Of a DNA stretch of 64,000 nt, positions 40,087 to 50,679 are shown one piece after another. The stretch's first letter is position 1. Every line of letters begins with the position of its first letter. Source of the stretch: Nanobdellati archaeon. GTDB taxonomy: Archaea; EX4484-52; WAPT01. The translations under genes were made by a program, and so were the position numbers. The stretch lies in the NCBI GenBank assembly GCA_015520605.1, contig WAPT01000001.1, positions 14,721-78,720 on the forward strand. The letters run 5' to 3'. Under the pieces are notes generated by a model that was given only the letters and a program-made list of their open reading frames with translations, did not search any database and was not told the DNA's origin.

Positions 40087-40860
40087 TTATCTTCTCAGGA
40101 AACCAAAAAGCCTAGCGAGTAGTCCCCTCCTCTCAACCGACGGAGGTGTCCATTCAATACCCGCAAGTTTCGCTGCAAGCGCTTTTATTTCAATGGCCGC
40201 CCTCGAATCCGGAGCGTACAAAACAAGAGGTGTTTTCGCTGCTATGGACTCATCAACTTTGGGTTCTTCCGGAACCATCGATATTACCGGGTATCCGAGC
40301 AGGGACTCGACATCATCCACTGTAAGCTCATGCTGTGTGTTCTTTACCCTGTTGAGCACAACCCCCAAAATGTGTGAGCCGAATTCCTCAGCCAGCTTGA
40401 TAACCTTGAGAGCATCAGTAACTGAGGGCAAGTCAGGGTTGGTCACCACCAGCACTTCATCCGTGGCTTCCATCCCGGTGAGTGGTTCCCTTCCAAGCCC
40501 CGCAGCTCCGTCGAGAATGACAAAGTCGTGAGTTCCCAACAGCTCAAGAAGTATCTCAGTCAGTTTTTCTGGCTTGGTCGACTTAAGATCTGATATGGAT
40601 ATGCTCCCAGGGATTACTTTCAGTCCAGAAGGATGCACGTATATCGCTTCCTCGATGTTGGCCTCCCCCCTTAAAATGTCGTGTATGGTTTTAGGGTAGA
40701 GAGGCACACCGAGATGAAAACCGAGGTGAGGGGTCGTAAAGTTACCGTCTATGATTAGAGTGTTCATGCCAAACTCGTTCAGCGCCGCTCCGAGGTTTGC
40801 GGCCACAGTGGTTTTCCCCACACCACCCTTTCCAGAAGCAACACATATGAGCCTGGTCAT
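40087..40860 (-). CDS. minD: Archaeal MinD/ParA family ATPase
   Basis: SGKGGVGKTT, DGAAGLG, LGVVLNR. Confidence 0.9.
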   Translation of the reverse strand: MTRLICVASGKGGVGKTTVAANLGAALNEFGMNTLIIDGNFTTPHLGFHLGVPLYPKTIHDILRGEANIEEAIYVHPSGLKVIPGSISISDLKSTKPEKLTEILLELLGTHDFVILDGAAGLGREPLTGMEATDEVLVVTNPDLPSVTDALKVIKLAEEFGSHILGVVLNRVKNTQHELTVDDVESLLGYPVISMVPEEPKVDESIAAKTPLVLYAPDSRAAIEIKALAAKLAGIEWTPPSVERRGLLARLFGFLRR

Positions 40861-41302
40861 CTCCCATCACCAATTTTACGGATTGTTTAATATATCGAGA
40901 GAAAGTAATTTAAAAGTAAAAGTCTTCCGCTTGGGCGAAAGAAAACCCTGAGAACAATCTCAGGGAGTATCCAAAGTTTTTTTACTTCGGTAGATAGCAA
41001 CCCGATCAGCGCCATTAGAAATGATTTTTCGATAATAATGGGTCGTCGTTTTCGGCCAACATCATTCCCGCAGACGTAGCCATCCACGACTGCAAATAAC
41101 TCAGCACGACTCTCCTTCTGTATTGCAAGAAGATCCGACAGAAGCTCCGACAGCACCTCATGAATTTTTTAGATAATTGTGCGAATGCACTCTAAGCTTT
41201 TGGAGAAAAAGATGCCTGTTCCATATTGGTCAGCAGGATGTGGTCTGTACTGCTTCAGAAGATGTTCCTAACCGCGGGCCACCAAACTTCACACCACACC
41301 GC

Positions 41303-42265
41303 TCATTCCCGAAAAAACACACCCATAGCAATTACCCCAACCAGAACTGCGAACCAGAGAGTTAATGCCCTGAAAACCAGTGTTGCTGCTGTCGCGCTTG
41401 CCCTTTCCATTCCAGAAAGCGAGAGCAGAGATATCATTGAAAGCTCCGCTACACCGATTCCTCCCGGAAGCATGCTGATTACCCCTGCAAGCGTTGAGAG
41501 CGCAAAGATAAAAACAGCCGAGCTGAGGGAAACTTTAAATGATAGCGCTTTCAAGATGAGGTAAAGACCAAGGCATTCCATAAACCATGATCCCGCGCTC
41601 AACAAACTCATCAGTAACAAAGGCTTCAAGCCAAACATCCTCTGAACATCTTTGGCAAAATCATTATGTTTTATCCCTTTTCTCCTACGAGCGGGAACTC
41701 TGCTCAGGAGAACCTTGAGGAACATGTTCCTCCTTACAATTAGGACAAAGATCAAGAAGAAAAGAACAACCAATATAGACGCCTTTAGAACTGAAGACAG
41801 TAAGCTTTTGTCATCCCCTATAGTAAGATAAGTAAGATTTCCTCTGGAGAATTCTATTCCAATGGCTCCGATCCCCAGAAGTACAGCCATGGCTATAACA
41901 TCCGTCACCCTCTCCGCAAGGATGGCAAGAACACCCTTCCTCATTTCTACACCGTGCCTCTCCTTTAAAAGGTATGCCTTGACAACCTCACCAAACTTTC
42001 CGGGACTTAAGGTTAAGGATAGACCTGCAAGGAATATTTTAGTGTTGTCAGAGAACGGTACTTTCGCTCCGGCAAGCTTTGTGTAGTAGTGCCACTTAAC
42101 ACTTCTCAACAGATAGTTGGTCATGCTAAGCACACACACGAGAAGCACCACAGGAAGCTCTATGTTTATTATCAGCATGGATGTCTCATTCCAGTTTGAC
42201 CAGATCAGAAGAGAAAGATAAAGGAGAGACGCAGCAACGATAATAAATGATATGCGCATATTCAT
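41303..42265 (-). CDS. UPF0104 flippase-like membrane protein
   Basis: LRSVKW, PGKFGE, AERVTD, LPGGIGVAE, FRALTLWF. Confidence 0.88.
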   Translation of the reverse strand: MNMRISFIIVAASLLYLSLLIWSNWNETSMLIINIELPVVLLVCVLSMTNYLLRSVKWHYYTKLAGAKVPFSDNTKIFLAGLSLTLSPGKFGEVVKAYLLKERHGVEMRKGVLAILAERVTDVIAMAVLLGIGAIGIEFSRGNLTYLTIGDDKSLLSSVLKASILVVLFFLIFVLIVRRNMFLKVLLSRVPARRRKGIKHNDFAKDVQRMFGLKPLLLMSLLSAGSWFMECLGLYLILKALSFKVSLSSAVFIFALSTLAGVISMLPGGIGVAELSMISLLSLSGMERASATAATLVFRALTLWFAVLVGVIAMGVFFRE

Positions 42266-42506
42266 TCAAACAAGGGTAAAAGTAAATTTTAAATAAGTGT
42301 TGACACTCATTATTACGGTATTATGAAAATGATCAACAGGTTCTGTGCAAGGAATGGTAGAGAGAAGGCTGAGAGAGATCTCGATCTTCTTCTTCTAAGG
42401 CTAGTGGTACTACTACAGTGATCATCTCACAGGTTCCTTCCTGCTAACTCTTCTTTTCACTCAGTTTTGTTTGATTTTTCTTAAAAAACTTCCGGAGGTG
42501 GTTGTG

Positions 42507-42878
42507 ATGTCCTCTCAACATACCTCTGCGGTGGAAAAGGAAAGGGCTGATGGCTGGCTGGATAAGATTTACAGGGAGATGGCGAAGCTTGACCCATACA
42601 TGAATGAGGAGGAGATGAGGGAAGCTCTTCCAGAATGGCAGCTGAAACCTATAGCAAACTTTTGGGGATGTCCAAGTAATGGAGAATATAAGAATGTGGA
42701 AGAAGTTGCCAGCCAATGTTACCGTGTTTTTGAAGAAGCGTTCAGCGAGGCGATGAGGTTCGGAAACTACAAAAAGCCTATAAGCGATGTTTATGCATGC
42801 GGTAACAGACTTACCATCTGGGTTGCAGAGGGGCAGAAGCAGATCGTGTTTGAAAGGGAGAACGGCACCATAATTTAA
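42507..42878 (+). CDS. Hypothetical protein
   Basis: ORF with GGAGGTG RBS upstream. Confidence 0.65.
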   Translation: MSSQHTSAVEKERADGWLDKIYREMAKLDPYMNEEEMREALPEWQLKPIANFWGCPSNGEYKNVEEVASQCYRVFEEAFSEAMRFGNYKKPISDVYACGNRLTIWVAEGQKQIVFERENGTII

Positions 42879-42923
42879 ATTAATTGATAGCCGACTGTGT
42901 AAAAGTGGTCCGGGGTGGTGAAG

Positions 42924-45770
42924 ATGGTGAATTTCAGAGAAATAGAGAAGAAATGGCAGGAGGTATGGGAAAAGGAAAAGGTATTTGAAGCTGACGTTGA
43001 CAGCTCAAAGCCAAAGTTCTTCATAACCTTCCCGTATCCTTATGTAAATGGTGCTCCACACATAGGGCACGGATACTCGTTTTTGAGGACTGATGCATAT
43101 GCAAGATACAAAAGGATGAGAGGCTTCAACGTTCTCTTCCCGCAGGGCTTTCATGCGACTGGCGAGCCAATAGTTGGTGTGTGGGAAAGGCTTAGAAATA
43201 ATGATGAGAAGCAGATAGCCACGTTAAAGAAGAGCGGAGCGACTGATGAGGATATAGAGCGCTTCAAGGAAACTCCCGAGAACATCGTGCGGTTCTGGAT
43301 GAAGAGGTGGATGGAAGACCTCAAAATGGTGGGCGCTTCAATCGACTGGAGGAGAACATTTGTTACGACAACCATGACCCTCCAGTACTCCCGCTTCATA
43401 GAGTGGCAGTACAACACCCTGAGAAAGAGGGGCTACATAAAGAAGGGTACCCATCCTGTCATCTGGTGTCCGCACTGTGAAAGTCCTACCGGAGACCATG
43501 ACAGGCTGGAGGGCGAGGGAGAAAGTCCTGTAGACTATGTGCTCATAAAGTTCAGGCTTGTGGATGAGGATGCTTTTCTCGTTGCGGCAACTCTCAGATC
43601 CGAGACGGTATTTGGTGTGACTAACATTTGGGTTAAGGAAGATGCTGATTACGTCAAAGCGAGAGTTAATGGTGAAGTATGGATCATTAGTAAAGATGCT
43701 GTTCCAAAACTTGCCGACCAGCTAAAGGAAGTTGAAGTGCTTGAGGAGATCAAGGGCAGGGACCTGCTCGGAAAGAGGTGTGCCAACCCTGTTAACGGTA
43801 AACATGTGCCGATCCTTCCAGCGGATTTTGTCGATCCATCTAATGCAACTGGCGTTGTGATGTCCGTTCCTGCACATGCGCCATTTGATTATGCTGCTGT
43901 TATGGATCTCCTGAAGGACAGAGATAAGCTTGTAAGATATGGTGTTTCAGCTGATGAGCTGGAACCCATAAGCCTGATAGATGTGAAGGGCTTTGGAAAG
44001 CTTCCTGCTAAAGAAATCGTTGAAAAGACGGGAATAAGATCTCAGACCGAAAAAGAGAAACTTGAGGAGGCAACGAGAAAACTCTACAAAAATGAGTTCC
44101 ATCTCGGAAAACTGAAGGAAACATGCGGCGAATTTGCGGGAATGAAGGTCTCAGAAGTCAAGGAAAAAATAGCCGAGTGGTTGAAGGAAAGGGGTTATGC
44201 TGACGTCATGTGGGAGTGCACTGGGAGAGTTGTGTGTAGATGTGGGACCACATGCCACGTTAAGATCCTCAAGGACCAGTGGTTCCTCGCGTACTCTGAT
44301 GAGGACTGGAAGAGGAAAGTTATAGAACACATAAAACGAATGAAATTCTACCCGGAGGATGTCAGGCAGCAGTTCATAAACACCGTAGAGTGGTTGAAAG
44401 ACAAGGCATGTGTCAGAAAAACAGGCCTCGGTACGCCCCTTCCCTGGGATAAGGAGTGGATAGTGGAGACCCTTTCAGATTCAACAATCTACATGGCATA
44501 CTACACCATAGCAAGAATAATAAATGAAAGGAAAATAGAGGCGGAAAAGCTCACAGATGAGGTATTCGACTACATCTTTTTGGGGAAGGGAAATGCCAAC
44601 GAGGTGGCAAAAAACTCAGGGCTTGATGTTGAGACTCTGGAAGAAATGAGAAGGGAGTTTGAGTACTTCTACCCAGTTGATCTGAGGAACAGCGGTAAGG
44701 ACCTCGTGCAGAACCACCTCACATTCTATCTAATGCACCACATAGCAATATGGGACGGTATGCCTGAAAAGTGGCCTGTTGCCATAAGCGTCAATGGTAG
44801 GGTTATGGTTGAAGGAGAGAAGATGAGCAAAAGTAAGGGTAACATCATTCCGCTCAGAAACCTTGTGGAGGAATTTGGTGCTGATCCCGTTAGGCTCAAC
44901 ATAGTTTGCTCCGCTGAAGGGATGGAGGAAGCTGACTGGAGAGTTGAAAACATCAAGGGTTATGTGTCCAGGCTTGAATATCTTGATGGCCTTGTGGAAT
45001 CATTAAACGCCATGAAGGGTAAAAGTGTTACAAATGCTGAAAGGTATCTGAACAGCAAGCTTCAGAAGATGATAATTGAGGTCACAAACGCCTACGAGGA
45101 AATGAAATTCAGAACCGCAATAACGCATGTGCTCTTCTATGGTGTGAACCATCTCAAATGGTACTTCAGGAGAGTGGGATGCATAGAGAGGGCAAATAGG
45201 GAGGTTGTTGAGCGCTTCCTCAAAGCTGTGATAAAAATGCTTTCTCCAATAGCACCTCACTTTTCCGAAGAGATGTGGCACAGAATGGGGGAGAGCACGC
45301 TTATAGTCAGGGAGAGCTGGCCGGAAGCGGACGAGAGCTTAATTAACGAAAAAGCTGAAGTGCTTGAAAATTACCTCGAATCGCTGATGGATGACATCAA
45401 CAGTGTTGTGAGGCTTGTCGGTGCAAAACCCGAAAAGGTTAAGGTATACGTTGCATCTCAATGGAAACGTGATGTTTACGCACTTGTTCTCCAAAAGAAG
45501 GAAGAAGCGATGAAAATAATAGGGAACGATGATAGGTTTGCTGAAGTAAGGACCAAAGCAATTGAACTCGCTAAAAATCTTCTCAAAAAATATTATGAAC
45601 TTGAAAAGACAATATTATTACAGGAGGATGAACTCGCGATACTTGAGGAAGCGAGAGAATTCCTTGAAAAGGAGCTTGGGTGTGAACTTGAGGTTATGAA
45701 AGAGGAAGATGCTAGCTCAACGAGAGCATCAAAGGCAATGCCTATGAAACCAGGTATAGAGGTGGTGTAA
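42924..45770 (+). CDS. leuS: Leucine--tRNA ligase
   Basis: FPYPYVNGAPHIGH, CP1 editing domain ATGVVMSVPAHAPFD, GKDLVQNHL, KMSKS. Confidence 0.97.
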   Translation: MVNFREIEKKWQEVWEKEKVFEADVDSSKPKFFITFPYPYVNGAPHIGHGYSFLRTDAYARYKRMRGFNVLFPQGFHATGEPIVGVWERLRNNDEKQIATLKKSGATDEDIERFKETPENIVRFWMKRWMEDLKMVGASIDWRRTFVTTTMTLQYSRFIEWQYNTLRKRGYIKKGTHPVIWCPHCESPTGDHDRLEGEGESPVDYVLIKFRLVDEDAFLVAATLRSETVFGVTNIWVKEDADYVKARVNGEVWIISKDAVPKLADQLKEVEVLEEIKGRDLLGKRCANPVNGKHVPILPADFVDPSNATGVVMSVPAHAPFDYAAVMDLLKDRDKLVRYGVSADELEPISLIDVKGFGKLPAKEIVEKTGIRSQTEKEKLEEATRKLYKNEFHLGKLKETCGEFAGMKVSEVKEKIAEWLKERGYADVMWECTGRVVCRCGTTCHVKILKDQWFLAYSDEDWKRKVIEHIKRMKFYPEDVRQQFINTVEWLKDKACVRKTGLGTPLPWDKEWIVETLSDSTIYMAYYTIARIINERKIEAEKLTDEVFDYIFLGKGNANEVAKNSGLDVETLEEMRREFEYFYPVDLRNSGKDLVQNHLTFYLMHHIAIWDGMPEKWPVAISVNGRVMVEGEKMSKSKGNIIPLRNLVEEFGADPVRLNIVCSAEGMEEADWRVENIKGYVSRLEYLDGLVESLNAMKGKSVTNAERYLNSKLQKMIIEVTNAYEEMKFRTAITHVLFYGVNHLKWYFRRVGCIERANREVVERFLKAVIKMLSPIAPHFSEEMWHRMGESTLIVRESWPEADESLINEKAEVLENYLESLMDDINSVVRLVGAKPEKVKVYVASQWKRDVYALVLQKKEEAMKIIGNDDRFAEVRTKAIELAKNLLKKYYELEKTILLQEDELAILEEAREFLEKELGCELEVMKEEDASSTRASKAMPMKPGIEVV

Positions 45771-45771
45771 T

Positions 45772-46605
45772 TTGAAAATTCAGATGCCGAAACATCTGGA
45801 GTTTGTGGAGATCGATAGTGAGGCTCCTGAAAAAATCTTTGTGGATGGAAAGGAGATTATTGGTGATGTGAGGAGATTCAAAGAAATGGCAACGCTTTAC
45901 TACGACAACATGGGGGATTGGGTAGACAACATGGACTTCAACACATCCCTCTACTACATGTTCAGGAACGTGTGCAAGGAGGAAGATCGCGCTAACATCG
46001 CTAATCACAAGCTGAGGTATGATATCACCATAATGCTTCCCCTCCGCTTTGGTTCCGGGCCAAAGGAATACAACAAGACGGTCGGACATTATCATCCCAT
46101 AGTTCCGGGTGCGAGGATCAGCTATCCAGAACTGTATGAGGTTATCCATGGGGAGTGTTACTTCATAATCCAGAAGGTGCGCAACAAATATGAAGTGGTG
46201 GATGCGCTGATTATAAAAGCTGAGAGGGGTGACAAGATCATAATACCTCCCGATTATGGACACGTGATGGTGAACAGCGGAAGGGAGCTTTTGATTACTG
46301 CCAACTGGGTCTCCTCAGCATTCTCCAGCATTTATGAGCCCTACCGGGAGATGAAAGGTGCGTGTTACTACATTCTTGAGGAGTATCTTCAACCCAAGAT
46401 AGTCAAAAACGAGGCTTACGACAACGTACCTGAACCAAAAATCGTCAGAAGCAGGGCTCACGAATTTTTAAAGATCGGAAAGGACGAATCCATGTACAGA
46501 CTGGCCAAAGAGCTTGAGAAGCTGGATTTCCTCAACCATCCACAAAACCATCCCGCGCACTTTAACCCTTCAGTAATTTTTGAGGTCTTCCACCAGACTT
46601 CCTGA
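45772..46605 (+). CDS. Cupin-type glucose-6-phosphate isomerase family protein
   Basis: LRYDIT, KTVGHYH, YPELYEV, IIPPDYGH; TTG start. Confidence 0.88.
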   Translation: MKIQMPKHLEFVEIDSEAPEKIFVDGKEIIGDVRRFKEMATLYYDNMGDWVDNMDFNTSLYYMFRNVCKEEDRANIANHKLRYDITIMLPLRFGSGPKEYNKTVGHYHPIVPGARISYPELYEVIHGECYFIIQKVRNKYEVVDALIIKAERGDKIIIPPDYGHVMVNSGRELLITANWVSSAFSSIYEPYREMKGACYYILEEYLQPKIVKNEAYDNVPEPKIVRSRAHEFLKIGKDESMYRLAKELEKLDFLNHPQNHPAHFNPSVIFEVFHQTS

Positions 46606-46815
46606 GGAAACGGATGCGAGCTTTATCTCAAGTTTTCTGACCTTTTTTTCCAGCCTTTCGAGTCTGCTGGAAAGCTCAAGCAGAGTCACCCAGATCTGTG
46701 CTATTGCCGGTTCCTCAGCATGCTGGTAAACACTCTCATATCTCTGAATTCTTGAGAGAAGAGATACGAGCTGCTTCTTTTTCTCAACATCAAGCTCAGC
46801 GACCCAATCCGACAT
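46570..46815 (-). CDS. Small coiled-coil hypothetical protein
   Basis: 81 aa, leaderless-type AT-rich promoter upstream, convergent overlap with the GPI gene. Confidence 0.65.
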   Translation of the reverse strand: MSDWVAELDVEKKKQLVSLLSRIQRYESVYQHAEEPAIAQIWVTLLELSSRLERLEKKVRKLEIKLASVSSGSLVEDLKNY

Positions 46816-46881
46816 GCTTATTTAAATTTTACCCATCTTTTAAATTATTCACCTTCGCTTTCATTTGCAACGTGGTGCTCT

Positions 46882-47658
46882 ATGGAAAAAGGGGACTTTG
46901 TGGAAATAGAATACACGGGAAGGGTTAAGAGTTCCGGAGAATTGTTTGACACCACTGATGAAGAAGTTGCAAAAAAAACAGGAATATACTCTGAACACAC
47001 GAGGTACGGCCCCATAACTGTGGTAGTAGGAGCTGGACACGTTATAGAAGGGCTGGATGAAGCTCTTCTCACAATGAAGGAAGGCGATAAAAAAGTCATA
47101 GAGCTTCCGCCCGAGAAGGCATTCGGCAGAAGGGATCAGAAACTTGTTAAGGTTTTCTCTCTTGCGATGTTCAGGAAAAGGGGAATAACACCTAGAGTGG
47201 GGGAGGTTCTTTACTTCAATAATGTTGAAGGTAGAATTGTGGGTGTCTCTTCTGGGAGAGTTGTGGTCGATTTCAATCACCCTCTTGCGGGAAAGAGCGT
47301 TGAGTACGAACTGAAGGTAATAAGGAAAGTTACGGATCCTACTGAAAAAGTTAAGGCCATCTTTAAGTATCACACCTTCATGCCGGATGATGGGTTTGAT
47401 GTTAAGATCGAGGGTAAGAAAGCGACAATTAAGGTTAAGATGATCATTGCAAAACAGATAGCAGATAGGATAAAGGAAGAAATAACGAAATACGTGAAAG
47501 AGGTTGAAAGCGTTGAAATTATAATGGGTGGTGAAGAAGAGAAAAAGGGTGAAAAGAAAGAAACTCGAGCAGATGGGAGAAGCGCCGAGATGCGTGAGGA
47601 TTCTGAATCAAAGGATAATGAAAAATCGAAAAACGAAAAGGAACAACCTAAAACTTAA
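46882..47658 (+). CDS. Long-type FKBP peptidyl-prolyl isomerase (SlyD-like)
   Basis: FDTT, VIEGLDEAL, PEKAFG, DFNHPLAGK. Confidence 0.93.
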   Translation: MEKGDFVEIEYTGRVKSSGELFDTTDEEVAKKTGIYSEHTRYGPITVVVGAGHVIEGLDEALLTMKEGDKKVIELPPEKAFGRRDQKLVKVFSLAMFRKRGITPRVGEVLYFNNVEGRIVGVSSGRVVVDFNHPLAGKSVEYELKVIRKVTDPTEKVKAIFKYHTFMPDDGFDVKIEGKKATIKVKMIIAKQIADRIKEEITKYVKEVESVEIIMGGEEEKKGEKKETRADGRSAEMREDSESKDNEKSKNEKEQPKT

Positions 47659-47713
47659 AAATTTAAGACATGATTATAAGACATAATCAATACTCACCGG
47701 GGAGTGATGCAAG

Positions 47714-48826
47714 ATGGTGCAGGATATTAAGGATGTTGAAGGATCTTCTAAACCTGAAGTTGAGGCTCATGCTCGACAAAAAACGGAGGCGAATGGCGAG
47801 CTTGAAGAACTTTTGAAGACCAGGAAGGCCGAGATTGTCGTTGTTGGAGCTGGCGGAGCCGGATGCAACACGATCTCAAGGCTCATGCAAGTTGGAGTTG
47901 AGGGTGTGAAGACCATAGCGATAAATACCGATGCGCAGGATCTTCTGTACACCGATGCGGATGTTAAGATACTCATAGGAAAGGAGATCACAAGGGGGCT
48001 TGGCGCTGGGGCCAATCCAAAGATAGGAGAGGCTGCAGCCAAAGAATCCAAAGAGACAATAAAGAAGTCCCTTGAAGGAGCGGACATGGTGTTCATAACA
48101 TGCGGTCTGGGTGGGGGTACTGGAACTGGTTCAGCACCGATCATAGCTGAAATAGCCAAGAAGCTTGGTGCGCTAACAGTTGCAATAGTGACCCTCCCGT
48201 TCTCCATGGAGGGAGCGCACAGAGCTGCAAATGCGAAAACGGGGCTTGAACAGCTGGAGGGGGTTGTTGATACCCTCATAGTCATACCAAACGACAAACT
48301 ACTCGAGATCGTGCCTGACGTCTCTATAAATACAGCTTTTAAGGTTGCTGACGAGATACTGGTAAATGCTGTGAAGGGTATAGCCGAGCTTGTTACGAAG
48401 CCGGGGTTAATTAACCTTGATTTTGCTGACATAAAGGCTGTGATGGATAGCGGGGGTCTTGCTCTTATAGGTATGGGTCAGAGCGACACCGAAAACAGGG
48501 CTTATGAAGCCGTGCAGAAAGCTCTTAACAACCCGTTGCTCGATGTTGACATAGAGGGTGCGAGAGGTGCCCTCATCAACGTTGTTGGTGGTCAGGACCT
48601 GACGCTTAGAGAAGCAAAGGAGGTTGTTAACGCCGTTACCTCAAGACTCTCTCCTGACGCAAAGGTTATATGGGGTGCACAGATAGATAGAAGCCTGGGA
48701 GAATCATTGAGGGTGATGGTCATAGTGACTGGCGTGCAGAGCCCACAGATCTACGGGCCTGAAAGACCGTTCAGTGAGGAGAAAAAGAAGGACATAGAAA
48801 GGAAGCTCGGCATAGATTTCATCTGA
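47714..48826 (+). CDS. ftsZ: Cell division protein FtsZ
   Basis: GAGGAGCN, GLGAG, GGGTGTG, NLDFAD. Confidence 0.98.
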   Translation: MVQDIKDVEGSSKPEVEAHARQKTEANGELEELLKTRKAEIVVVGAGGAGCNTISRLMQVGVEGVKTIAINTDAQDLLYTDADVKILIGKEITRGLGAGANPKIGEAAAKESKETIKKSLEGADMVFITCGLGGGTGTGSAPIIAEIAKKLGALTVAIVTLPFSMEGAHRAANAKTGLEQLEGVVDTLIVIPNDKLLEIVPDVSINTAFKVADEILVNAVKGIAELVTKPGLINLDFADIKAVMDSGGLALIGMGQSDTENRAYEAVQKALNNPLLDVDIEGARGALINVVGGQDLTLREAKEVVNAVTSRLSPDAKVIWGAQIDRSLGESLRVMVIVTGVQSPQIYGPERPFSEEKKKDIERKLGIDFI

Positions 48827-50258
48827 TTTCCTCGTCAACATTCCTCTTATTTCTATTTTTTGTGAAAGAATCAGCAGCAATTATGCCGGAAATGATAGCA
48901 TCCACATTACCCCTACATATTCCGTTCATATCACCAAGCACATAGATTTCGCTTTCCACTCTATCTGTTTTAAGCCTCATCGTGAAGGGGTCGACATTTA
49001 TTCTGGACGGCTTCAGAATTATTAAGGGAGCATACATTAAAGTTGATGGTTCCGCAAGCCCGTTGATAACAGCATCCAGCTTCTTTATGCCGTCGTATAT
49101 GTTATCCATAACTCTATCGGGATATGCAAAACTTATATCTCCAGGAGTCATATCATTGAACGTGAGGGTAGGTCGGACAAGTCTGTTGTTTTTATTCTTT
49201 TTTCCGTGCTTCTCCTGCCTTTCTCGTAATCGCCCAGCCTCTGTATTATGGGCTTACCACCGCCGAGCATAAGCGTGTTCTCGCTGAGCCTCTTTCCGTA
49301 AAGGTGTGTGTCGTTGAACGGTTCGATGAACCTGATTTCTGTCACGATCCCTAACACTGTGTTGTCACTCTTCTTGTTTTCATCCATTATGCCGTTTACA
49401 CATCTGATGCCATTTCCGTAATCCACCACCGCAACTCTTCCGTGAGGATAATAACCATAAGTACGGACGACATCGTCCCTTCTTCCGCTTATCAGGGTGA
49501 GTTTGGGCTCGCACATATAACTCATAGCCTCGGGGAATATTGTTTCTGTGGCCTCGAGAACCACACCACCGAGCAGGCTCTTTTCACCGTTTTCCTCTCT
49601 TATATAGCCTTGCGCTTTAAGCTCATCGAACATACCGTTTGTTATACCCTCCCTCCCGCACGCAAGAAAGACCGCATCTCTGTATCTCACTTTATCACCA
49701 TTCTCAAGCACAGCACAGTTCTTCTCAGGAGATACCCTCCTCACGAATCCATTCACAACATCGACATTAGAACACTCGTTCTTTAGATGGTCATAAAGGC
49801 TATTCAAAAGGACACACGTGCTGTTAACTCCACCTATAAATATAACATCAGAGATAGTAACGCTTATTCCCTTTTTATGGCATTTCTCACAAACCTTTCT
49901 ATTTCCTCACGTTTTTCCGTATCCGGATACTCATTATAGTTTATTCCAGTTTCCTTCGCCCAGTTGTAAAGCGAGTCCTTGGCTTTTTCCTCCAGCTTCA
50001 GAAACTCATCAACCCTGCCGTTTCTGTAAAAATGATCCTGCAGTTCTCCACCGGGTCTCCTATAATCAGGATTTGCGCGAATTTCATCATTTAAAGAAAA
50101 GATAAACTTGCCGTTATTCGGTCTTGGATATTTTTCCGGACCGATAACACAGATGGAGTAATTATCTTTATTTTCAAGCTCTTTTCAAGCTCTAAGGCTG
50201 CAACTAATCCCGATAAACCACCACCTACAATAAGGACATCGTAACTTTTTGAAGGCAT
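48819..50258 (-). pseudogene. FAD-dependent oxidoreductase (COG2509-like), broken into four frame segments
   Basis: ATG 50258 MPSKSYDVLIVGGGLSGLVAA; later GGGKPIIQRLGD, PGDISFAYP and GDMNGICRG; breaks near 50180, 49875 and 49190. Confidence 0.8.
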
Positions 50259-50396
50259 GCCATTTAGGAAATTCCGGTAGCAACATTTTTAAGTGTGTCG
50301 CTCGTGTACAGTATTGAGATGTCGAAAATCCGGAGTTCGTGTTCTTGCCTTTTATAAATATTTTTAAATTTTAACCACAATAAACTTGCCTATCGC

Positions 50397-50429
50397 CCGC
50401 CGTACTGCCCGCTGGGGCAGGAGGGGCGG
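50397..50429 (+). promoter_or_regulatory. GC-rich leader hairpin upstream of the secE to ribosomal protein operon
   Basis: CCGCC-GTA-CTGCCC-GCTG-GGGCAG-GAGG-GGCGG, downstream of a TATA-like tract at about 50350-50370. Confidence 0.6.
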
Positions 50430-50463
50430 ATTCTTGGGACGTAAATGGCATCGGGGAGAAATC

Positions 50464-50661
50464 ATGGGGATGAAGGAGAAAATAATATCGTTCGTGAACC
50501 AGTGTATCAGAGTGCTTAAAATAATGAAAAAACCCAGCTTGGAGGAGATCAAACTCACCATCAAAATAACGCTTCTCGGAATGACACTCATAGGTGCGAT
50601 AGGATATTTAATATTTGCGATCTTCGTGCTCCTCTCAAATTATGGAATCATAAGAATGTAA
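50464..50661 (+). CDS. secE: Protein translocase subunit SecE (Sec61 gamma)
   Basis: RVLKIMKKPSLEE...GAIGYLI; conserved position before spt5. Confidence 0.92.
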   Translation: MGMKEKIISFVNQCIRVLKIMKKPSLEEIKLTIKITLLGMTLIGAIGYLIFAIFVLLSNYGIIRM

Positions 50662-50679
50662 GTCTGTTTGGGTGAGAAG

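Noticed and set aside
50397-50429. Hairpin as SECIS, 5S rRNA, SRP RNA or split-tRNA half
   Set aside because: No GAA/A SECIS bulge or UGA-containing gene, too short for 5S or SRP, and no tRNA arm motifs
50386-50463. Arg/Gly-rich N-terminal extension of SecE
   Set aside because: Artefact of a TTG start reading through the GC-rich hairpin; RBS and family length favour 50464 or 50470
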